A stretch of DNA of 30,578 bases. It comes from a virus. Position 1 is the first letter of the stretch; each line of letters starts with the position of its first letter. Of the stretch, positions 25,006 to 30,578 are shown one piece after another. The notes under the pieces were generated by a model that did not search any database, had not been told where the DNA came from, and saw nothing but the letters and a program-made list of their open reading frames with translations. Both the position numbers and the translations under genes were made by a program. The stretch covers positions 1-30,578 of IMG/VR virus record IMGVR_UViG_3300045988_171550. One strand, given 5' to 3'.

Positions 25006-25264
25006 AAATAATAAAAAAACAATATTATGTATATTAATTGGAATTATAATAATAATATCACTTGCAATATTTAATGAGAAATATCAAAAACAAAAAGAAC
25101 AAGATTTAATGCAAAGTTATATTACTTGTTTAGAAAACACATTTTATCAAAGAGACTATTGCGCTAAAGAATTAGGTAGTGATTATCATTATTTAGATTT
25201 ATTATTAGAAAAATATAATTATACATATAAACAAGTAAATAAAGATATTTATTTACAACATTAA
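24986..25264 (+). CDS. small membrane-anchored protein (poly-Lys N-terminus, then one TM helix)
   Basis: The ATG at 24986 follows TCAAGGAGTAAAAATG. The product is MKKKKNKNNKKTILCILIGIIIIISLAIF…. Confidence 0.45.
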   Translation: MKKKKNKNNKKTILCILIGIIIIISLAIFNEKYQKQKEQDLMQSYITCLENTFYQRDYCAKELGSDYHYLDLLLEKYNYTYKQVNKDIYLQH

Positions 25265-25280
25265 AAAATATACCTATAAC

Positions 25281-25329
25281 AAGAGTTTTATCAAATACGA
25301 TAATTTATATTAGAAAAGATAAAACTCTT
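25281..25329. promoter_or_regulatory. perfect 12-bp inverted repeat (AAGAGTTTTATC-N25-GATAAAACTCTT), a candidate operator upstream of the HTH regulator gene. Two tandem copies of TAGGTAAAAA follow at 25338-25357.
   Basis: The inverted repeat spans 25281-25292 and 25318-25329. The direct repeats span 25338-25347 and 25348-25357. Confidence 0.5.
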
Positions 25330-25387
25330 TAAATACATAGGTAAAAATAGGTAAAAATGATATGTTTAGTAAAAGGAGGAAGATAAA

Positions 25388-25603
25388 ATGCTAAAATTAT
25401 ATGAAAATCAAAAAAATACTATTTATAAATTACAAAAAATATTAGGATTACCACCTACAACACTTTATCATTATGCAAAGGGAAGAAGAAATATTGATAA
25501 CATTCCAGCATTTTGGTTAATACAAATATCACAAATTGAAGGTGTAGAAGTAAATAAATTATTTAAAGAAATGAAAAAATATCAAGGGAGATTAAAAAAA
25601 TGA
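25388..25603 (+). CDS. small helix-turn-helix transcriptional regulator (Cro/XRE-like)
   Basis: 71 aa. TIYKLQKILGLPPTTLYHYAKGRRNI has the pattern of an HTH DNA-binding motif. RBS AAAAGGAGGAAGATAAAATG. Confidence 0.55.
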   Translation: MLKLYENQKNTIYKLQKILGLPPTTLYHYAKGRRNIDNIPAFWLIQISQIEGVEVNKLFKEMKKYQGRLKK

Positions 25604-25890
25604 CACAAGAAGAATTTATAAAATATACTGAAAGAATGAATAAAAATATAGCAAGTTTATTAAAAGGTAATGAGGAGGAATTAGCATTTTATTCTCAATT
25701 AGTAGAAAGTTTTAATAGAATTTGTGATGAAAAATATAAAATGGAAGATAAAATTAATAAAGCAATAAATATTATAGAAGAAAATATGTATTCTTATTAT
25801 GATAACAATGGCGAAAAATGTATTGAAGAAACCGTATTTGAAAGAAGTGCAAACCCTAAAGAATTACTGAATATATTAAAGGAGAAATAA
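25600..25890 (+). CDS. hypothetical protein (96 aa)
   Basis: ATGA overlap with the upstream gene. Its C-terminus (…ERSANPKELLNILKEK) resembles that of the next ORF. Confidence 0.45.
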   Translation: MTQEEFIKYTERMNKNIASLLKGNEEELAFYSQLVESFNRICDEKYKMEDKINKAINIIEENMYSYYDNNGEKCIEETVFERSANPKELLNILKEK

Positions 25891-25895
25891 GAATA

Positions 25896-26186
25896 ATGGA
25901 TAAAGAATTAGAAAATTTATTAGATAATTATGAAAATGCAATTTATGGAAAAGTATTTCCAATAACCCCATCAATGCATCAATTACATTTACTATTAGAT
26001 TATATTGCAAATTTAGAACAACAATGTAAAAAGCAAAAAGAAGTTATTGATAGAGCAATAGAATATGTAGAAGAACATAGAATAAAAAACCCATATCATT
26101 ATGAATATAATTGTTTTATGGTAAATGCAAGGGCTAGTGATTTACTAGAAATATTAAAAGAGGTGGTTATAGTTGGAGGTTTGTAA
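25896..26186 (+). CDS. hypothetical protein (96 aa), a probable paralog of the ORF at 25600..25890
   Basis: Same length, and the C-terminus …NARASDLLEILKEV is similar. RBS AAGGAGAAATAAGAATAATG. Confidence 0.45.
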   Translation: MDKELENLLDNYENAIYGKVFPITPSMHQLHLLLDYIANLEQQCKKQKEVIDRAIEYVEEHRIKNPYHYEYNCFMVNARASDLLEILKEVVIVGGL

Positions 26187-26522
26187 ATGAATAAAATAAA
26201 AGTTATTGACTTACTTAATATGATTAGCAAAGGTGAAAAAGCACCTAAAAAAATAAAAATAAATAATGTTATATATGAATATAGAGGCTGTATGTATTGT
26301 ACTGAAAAAGCAAATTATCAAGATATAGAAGATTATTTATTTGGGAAATGGAATTTTAATATATTAAATAAAGAAGTAGAAATACTAGATGAACAAAAGA
26401 AGATAGAAAAAATGGAATGTAGTATTGAAAGTTGGTTTAGCCCAAGTCAAGCAGATATTGAAATAATAAAAAAAATAAATGAACTAATAGATGAAATTAA
26501 CAATTTAAAGGAGAATGATTAA
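26187..26522 (+). CDS. hypothetical protein (111 aa)
   Basis: RBS GGAGGTTTGTAAATG. Confidence 0.45.
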   Translation: MNKIKVIDLLNMISKGEKAPKKIKINNVIYEYRGCMYCTEKANYQDIEDYLFGKWNFNILNKEVEILDEQKKIEKMECSIESWFSPSQADIEIIKKINELIDEINNLKEND

Positions 26523-26525
26523 AAT

Positions 26526-26867
26526 ATGAAAAGTGCTAGAGAGTTATTTGAAGAACTAGGATATGAACAACGAGTTAATAATGATGAACAAATATACTAT
26601 TATTTAAAAAAAGAAACTTATACTAGAGGCATTGAATTTAGAAAGTTTGCAAAAGATTTTTGCATAAATGGTAAGGAATGGCTACCAAATGATAGTAATG
26701 AATGGCATACAATGAGTGAAAATAACCTATTTAGAGATGAATTTGATAAATATTGTTGCAAATATGGTCATTGGGTAAGTAATCACTTTAATTATATTGA
26801 TGCAAAATTATTACAAGCAATAAACCAACAGGTAAATGAATTAGGATGGAATAAGGAGGATAAATAA
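26526..26867 (+). CDS. hypothetical protein (113 aa)
   Basis: RBS AAGGAGAATGATTAAAATATG. Confidence 0.45.
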   Translation: MKSARELFEELGYEQRVNNDEQIYYYLKKETYTRGIEFRKFAKDFCINGKEWLPNDSNEWHTMSENNLFRDEFDKYCCKYGHWVSNHFNYIDAKLLQAINQQVNELGWNKEDK

Positions 26868-26877
26868 TAACAAAAAG

Positions 26878-26906
26878 TTTAAAAAATATTAAAAATATGT
26901 TATAAT
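26878..26906 (+). promoter_or_regulatory. promoter candidate with extended -10 (TTTAAA-N17-TGtTATAAT) for the replication block
   Basis: A perfect -10 at 26901-26906 is preceded by TGt, with a weak -35 at 26878-26883. Confidence 0.4.
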
Positions 26907-26912
26907 TAATAT

Positions 26913-26986
26913 AGGTACTGATATTAAAGTCATTTATTGATGGGTAGGGCTATCAGTACCTTAAAAAACCTATTCATCAATAAGTG
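26913..26986. promoter_or_regulatory. two interleaved inverted repeats in the leader of the replication operon (candidate operator, attenuator or origin-associated structure)
   Basis: IR-A is AGGTACTGATA (26913-26923) paired with TATCAGTACCT (26951-26961). IR-B is TCATTTATTGATG (26931-26942) paired with CATCAATAAGTG (26975-26986, one mismatch). The two hairpins are mutually exclusive. Confidence 0.45.
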
Positions 26987-27019
26987 GCTTTTTTAGAAGT
27001 ATCAAGAAAGGGAAAAAAT

Positions 27020-27424
27020 ATGAAAAATGTAGAACAAAAAGAAAATAAAGAAAGGATTATTGAAAATAAGAATTATAGGGAATTATTTAAAGAATATTAT
27101 CATATTGAATTTAGCAGTAATTACGATATACACCATATTGATTTAAATCACAATAATAATGATATTGATAATTTAATGATTTTACCAAAAAAATTGCATC
27201 AACAGTATCACAATTTATTAAATTCCATTAATTATGAAGAAGATATTTTTTTAAAAAAATTCAGTGCAAGAATTAATGGTAATTCAGTTAATTCAAATAA
27301 TTATAATATATCAATGATAGAAGAATTTATACCTGTATTTCAAAAATGCAATATGTGGTTTGATTATAAGATGTATTTAAATGGAATACTTCCAAATATT
27401 CATAATTTTAAATTGGAGGATTAA
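27020..27424 (+). CDS. HNH endonuclease (homing-endonuclease-like)
   Basis: DIHHIDLNHNNNDIDNLMILPKKLHQQYH has the H-N-H arrangement. The ATG at 27020 is in frame with the GTG shown in the track and has a weak RBS AAAGGGAAAAAATATG. Confidence 0.55.
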   Translation: MKNVEQKENKERIIENKNYRELFKEYYHIEFSSNYDIHHIDLNHNNNDIDNLMILPKKLHQQYHNLLNSINYEEDIFLKKFSARINGNSVNSNNYNISMIEEFIPVFQKCNMWFDYKMYLNGILPNIHNFKLED

Positions 27425-27425
27425 A

Positions 27426-28145
27426 ATGGCTGTAATAAGGGTTAATAAGACAAAAGATTATACTATTATGTGTAATTATCATTTAAAAGAAAAGGAGATG
27501 AGTTTAAAAGCAAAAGGGTTATTAAGTGTAATGTTATCATTACCAGATGATTGGGATTATTCAATAACTGGTTTAGTCAAAATATGTAAAGAAAATGAAA
27601 GTGCAATTAAAACTACATTATCCGAACTAAAACAATTTGGTTATCTAAAAATAACAAAAATAATGCCAAATGAAAGCAATTCAGGAAGAATTGAATACAT
27701 ATATGATATATATGAATTTCCAAAACAAGAGGGTAAAAAACAAGGGGTAGAAAATCAACCTCTTGAAATTCAACCTCTAGAAAATCAAGGACAATTAAAT
27801 ACTAATATATTAAATACTAAAGAAAAAGAATTAAATAATATATATATAAAAGAAAGTAAGAAAGAAAATGCCGATTACGATAAAATTATAAATTCCTATA
27901 CTTCTAATGAAGATACAAAGCAATTACTTTATGAGTGGCTAAAGGTTAGGAAGATGAAAAAGGCTTTACCAACAAATAAAGCACTTGAGTTAAATCTTAA
28001 AAGGTTAGAGGACTATGCAAAGCAAAGTAAGTTAGATATTAATAAGTATCTTGAGGAAGTTATAATTCGTGGGTGGCTTGCATTTTACCCAATAGAGAAT
28101 AAAACCAAACAAGAACCTGTAAGAGAAGAAAGACCGTGGCTATGA
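27426..28145 (+). CDS. replication initiation / replisome organizer protein (winged-helix N-terminal domain plus DnaD-like C-terminal domain)
   Basis: The N-terminal segment CNYHLKEKEMSLKAKGLLSVMLSLPDDWDYSITGLVKICKENESAIKTTLSELKQFGYLKI resembles phage replisome-organizer N-terminal domains, and the C-terminal …IIRGWLAFYP resembles DnaD-like domains. It sits upstream of the DnaB-like helicase. RBS TTGGAGGATTAAAATG. Confidence 0.5.
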   Translation: MAVIRVNKTKDYTIMCNYHLKEKEMSLKAKGLLSVMLSLPDDWDYSITGLVKICKENESAIKTTLSELKQFGYLKITKIMPNESNSGRIEYIYDIYEFPKQEGKKQGVENQPLEIQPLENQGQLNTNILNTKEKELNNIYIKESKKENADYDKIINSYTSNEDTKQLLYEWLKVRKMKKALPTNKALELNLKRLEDYAKQSKLDINKYLEEVIIRGWLAFYPIENKTKQEPVREERPWL

Positions 28146-29458
28146 TAAATGATGTAAGTGAATATTTTGATAACGGATTAGTTTATGATATAAACCAAGA
28201 TAATATTGAAGATTTAGAAATACAGTTTTTAAGCACCATAGTTAATTACCAAAACTTTAGTTTTGATTATTTACAACTAGAACCAAAGCACTTAACTAAA
28301 CCAATACATAAAGAATTATTAAAGTATATGATAGATAATTATAGTAAATATGGAGTTACTGATTATTATTTAATACTTATTGATTTTATAAAATTAAAAG
28401 ATAATGAAAAAGATAGAAATGAACTATATAAAATTGTGTATACTGATTTAAGCCCAGTGCATAATAAAAACCAATATTTTATGGCAATGCAAAGTATTTT
28501 GTTTGATAATTATAAAAAAAGAGCAATATTATATTTTAGTAATAAATTACAAAACAGAGAAATAAGTGTTACACAGTATTTATCAAATATGAATTTAATT
28601 AATGATATGAATTTAAAAATAAAAAGCACTTTAATTACTGTAAAAGAACTTGAAGATAATATAAATAGCAACAACACATTGATAGAATTAAAACACTTCA
28701 AAAAATTAAATGAAGTATTAAAATTATCACAAGGGGATTATTTAACAATAGGTGCTGGAACTGGTGCAGGTAAAAGTGGATTATTATTAAATCTTATGAA
28801 TGATTTAATGGACAGGTATCAATGTATTTATTTCAATATGGAAATGAATAAATCAACAATATATCAAAGAATAGTATCTATTGCTAGTGATATACCAATT
28901 AATTATGTAGTTAGACCAGAAACTGAATATCAAGAGCAAAGCATAAGTGCTACAATGAAGTATATCGAAGATAATAATATAATAGTAGAACATAATGCTA
29001 CAACATTAAATGAAATTAGAAGTATAATTGCAAAGTATAAAAATACTGATAAACATACAATAATATTTTTAGACCATATAGGATTAATTAGGTCAAATGA
29101 AAAGAAATCTTTATATGAACAAACAACTGAAATTGCAAAGTCATTAAGACAAATATGTTTAAAATATAATTGCACAATAATAGCAGCATCACAATTAAAT
29201 AGAACAAGTTATAATTCAGATGAACCAAGTATCTCAATGTTAAAAGATAGTGGAGAACTTGAAAATAGTTCAAGTAAAGTTATAATGCTATATAAGGATA
29301 AAAATCAAGATACAAGAAATGATTTATATACAAATGATATGATAATTGATATTGTTAAAAATAGAAATGGTTTATGTGGAAGAATACCATTAAAGTATTA
29401 TAAAGCAAAACAAATATTCAAAGAAAAAGAAAATTATGAAGGGGGTACAAATGAATAA
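28136..29458 (+). CDS. dnaB: replicative DNA helicase (DnaB-like)
   Basis: Walker A GAGTGAGKSG and a Walker B-like IIFLDHIGLI are present, and RecA-fold helicase motifs follow (AASQLNRTS…). The gene sits next to the initiator gene. Confidence 0.8.
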   Translation: MAMINDVSEYFDNGLVYDINQDNIEDLEIQFLSTIVNYQNFSFDYLQLEPKHLTKPIHKELLKYMIDNYSKYGVTDYYLILIDFIKLKDNEKDRNELYKIVYTDLSPVHNKNQYFMAMQSILFDNYKKRAILYFSNKLQNREISVTQYLSNMNLINDMNLKIKSTLITVKELEDNINSNNTLIELKHFKKLNEVLKLSQGDYLTIGAGTGAGKSGLLLNLMNDLMDRYQCIYFNMEMNKSTIYQRIVSIASDIPINYVVRPETEYQEQSISATMKYIEDNNIIVEHNATTLNEIRSIIAKYKNTDKHTIIFLDHIGLIRSNEKKSLYEQTTEIAKSLRQICLKYNCTIIAASQLNRTSYNSDEPSISMLKDSGELENSSSKVIMLYKDKNQDTRNDLYTNDMIIDIVKNRNGLCGRIPLKYYKAKQIFKEKENYEGGTNE

Positions 29459-29629
29459 TATAAGACTTAAAATTTTAAGATATAGAATTGAAAAAGAGAA
29501 AGATTACGATAAGCAATTAAAACTTGCTACAAAATATTTAAAAATAAAAAGAAAACAGTTAGAAAATGCTTGATTTTATAATCAAAATATTATATAATAT
29601 TAATATATTAAAGAAAGGAGATGTATAAT

Positions 29630-30178
29630 ATGGAAGAAGTAAAAGAAAAGACTACTTTGAAGAAAAATCAAAAGGCTGATATTCCAACAAAAAATGGAGG
29701 TAGTTATAGTTACCAGTATATAGATATTGCACAAATACACGAATATTTAGAAAGTATAAATGCAAAATATATACAACAAATCAGAAGAATTTGTGATGAT
29801 GATTATATAATGACAAAAAGGTGCTTTGATAATAAATGGGAAGATGAGTGGTTACAAGGTTCCAGAGTTGTACAAGCAACATTAGTTGGAAATAATAACC
29901 CAGCGCAAGAACAAGGTAGTGCATTAACTTATGCAAGAAGATATTCACTATTAATGGCATTTGGACTTGCAACAGAAGATGATGATGCAAATTTACTTAA
30001 TAAAACTAAAGAAGAAACCAAAGCAACTGAAAAACAAATAGCAGTTTTAAAAAATAGTTTTAATGAAGAACAAATAAAACAAATGCTTGAAAAAAATGGC
30101 ATAAGTTCAATTGAAGAATTATCTTCAAGAAAAGCAAGTGAATATATTAAAAAGATTTATGAAAGAAAGGAAAATTAA
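29630..30178 (+). CDS. single-strand annealing protein, ERF-like (tentative)
   Basis: GSALTYARRYSLLMAFGL resembles the conserved Gly…YARRY block of ERF-family annealing proteins. It is followed by a PD-(D/E)XK nuclease and SSB. The ATG at 29630 lies 9 nt after AAGGAG. The ATG shown in the track (29621) abuts the SD. Confidence 0.45.
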   Translation: MEEVKEKTTLKKNQKADIPTKNGGSYSYQYIDIAQIHEYLESINAKYIQQIRRICDDDYIMTKRCFDNKWEDEWLQGSRVVQATLVGNNNPAQEQGSALTYARRYSLLMAFGLATEDDDANLLNKTKEETKATEKQIAVLKNSFNEEQIKQMLEKNGISSIEELSSRKASEYIKKIYERKEN

Positions 30179-30180
30179 AA

Positions 30181-30501
30181 ATGGAAGAAAACAAATTAAT
30201 TAATGTTAATGAAAATCAAATAGAATTAACAAATGAAGGAATTAAATTTATAAAAAAAATACAAAAAGCAAAATTAGAACTTGAAAGAATGGAAAGTGAA
30301 TTAAAAGCACAATTCCTAGATAAAATGGAAACTAACGGAATTAAGAATTTTGTTAGTAATGATGGAACATTTAAAGTTACTTATGTTGCCGAAACAACTT
30401 CAAAGAAAATTGATAGTAAAAGATTTAAAGAAGAACAACCAGATTTATATAATAAATATTTAAAAGAAAGTACAACAAAATCTTATGTAAGATTTAACTA
30501 A
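30181..30501 (+). CDS. hypothetical protein (106 aa) within the recombination module
   Basis: ORF with a TAATG overlap onto the nuclease gene start. Confidence 0.45.
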   Translation: MEENKLINVNENQIELTNEGIKFIKKIQKAKLELERMESELKAQFLDKMETNGIKNFVSNDGTFKVTYVAETTSKKIDSKRFKEEQPDLYNKYLKESTTKSYVRFN

Positions 30502-30578
30502 TGATAGAATTTGATGAAAAAAATCATATTTATATAAAAAATGGAATAGTTCTTAAAAGTGTTACGCAAATACTAAAA
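30501..30578 (+). CDS. 5' part of the PD-(D/E)XK nuclease gene, continuing across the circular junction into 2..541
   Basis: The ATG at 30501 is open to the window end and is identical to the reading frame at 2..541 through the 55-bp terminal repeat. Confidence 0.6.
   Translation, partial: MIEFDEKNHIYIKNGIVLKSVTQILK
30524..30578. repeat. terminal direct repeat, the copy of 1..55
   Basis: Exact 55-bp identity with the window start. Confidence 0.9.

Noticed and set aside
26984-27019. The GTG-initiated extension of the HNH ORF
   Set aside because: It overlaps the inverted-repeat leader and has no SD. The ATG at 27020 does have one.
29451-29573. A 40-aa ORF (MNNIRLKILRYRIEKEKDYDKQLKLATKYLKIKRKQLENA) overlapping the dnaB stop
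   Set aside because: It has a plausible SD (GGGGGT), but it is short and low-complexity, so it is not listed as a feature.
498-29990. All minus-strand ORFs in the track (e.g. 498..743, 1452..1634, 5119..5532, 16322..16720, 18298..18486, 20946..21170, 28930..29175, 29781..29990)
   Set aside because: They lie antisense inside well-supported + strand genes. Their products are low-complexity and Leu/Phe/Ile-rich, as expected from the reverse complement of AT-rich coding DNA. None has an RBS. They are treated as spurious.
1-30578. A CRISPR array, tRNA or tmRNA genes, or an integrase with attP
   Set aside because: There are no spaced identical repeats and no tRNA-like T-arm or acceptor motifs. 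The GGTTCGAATCC-type boxes are absent. No tyrosine- or serine-recombinase-like ORF is present.

Overview
This window looks like a complete, circularly permuted phage genome of about 30.5 kb. Bases 1-55 repeat exactly at 30524-30578, and one gene runs across that junction. The sequence is AT-rich and Clostridia-like, and the gene order matches a siphovirus. Every confident gene is on the + strand, and no integrase or CI-like repressor is visible. Gene order from the start of the window: a recombination module (ERF-like annealing protein, PD-(D/E)XK nuclease spanning the junction, SSB); an HNH endonuclease and small ORFs; a ParB-like nuclease, a TGT-family DpdA-like DNA transglycosylase and a YhhQ-type preQ0/preQ1 transporter, with a preQ1-I-riboswitch-like leader in front of the transporter; small terminase; large terminase carrying a mini-intein with a 1-nt frame break at an A7 run; portal; MuF-like protein; scaffold; major capsid protein with an Ig-like C-terminus; connector proteins; major tail protein; tape measure; Dit/Tal-like tail proteins; holin; NlpC/P60-SH3b endolysin. 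An 800-bp ORF-free spacer follows the lysin. It holds a bidirectional terminator, a probable minus-strand ncRNA of about 200 nt with its own extended -10 promoter and terminator, and a consensus + strand promoter for the downstream early genes. Those early genes are small unknown ORFs, a tail-less SSB paralog and a small HTH regulator preceded by a perfect 12-bp inverted repeat. Last comes the replication module: HNH endonuclease, DnaD-like initiator and DnaB-like helicase, behind a leader with interleaved inverted repeats. The findings I rank highest are the ParB-DpdA-riboswitch-YhhQ unit for 7-deazaguanine DNA modification, the interrupted intein in the terminase, and the orphan minus-strand ncRNA.
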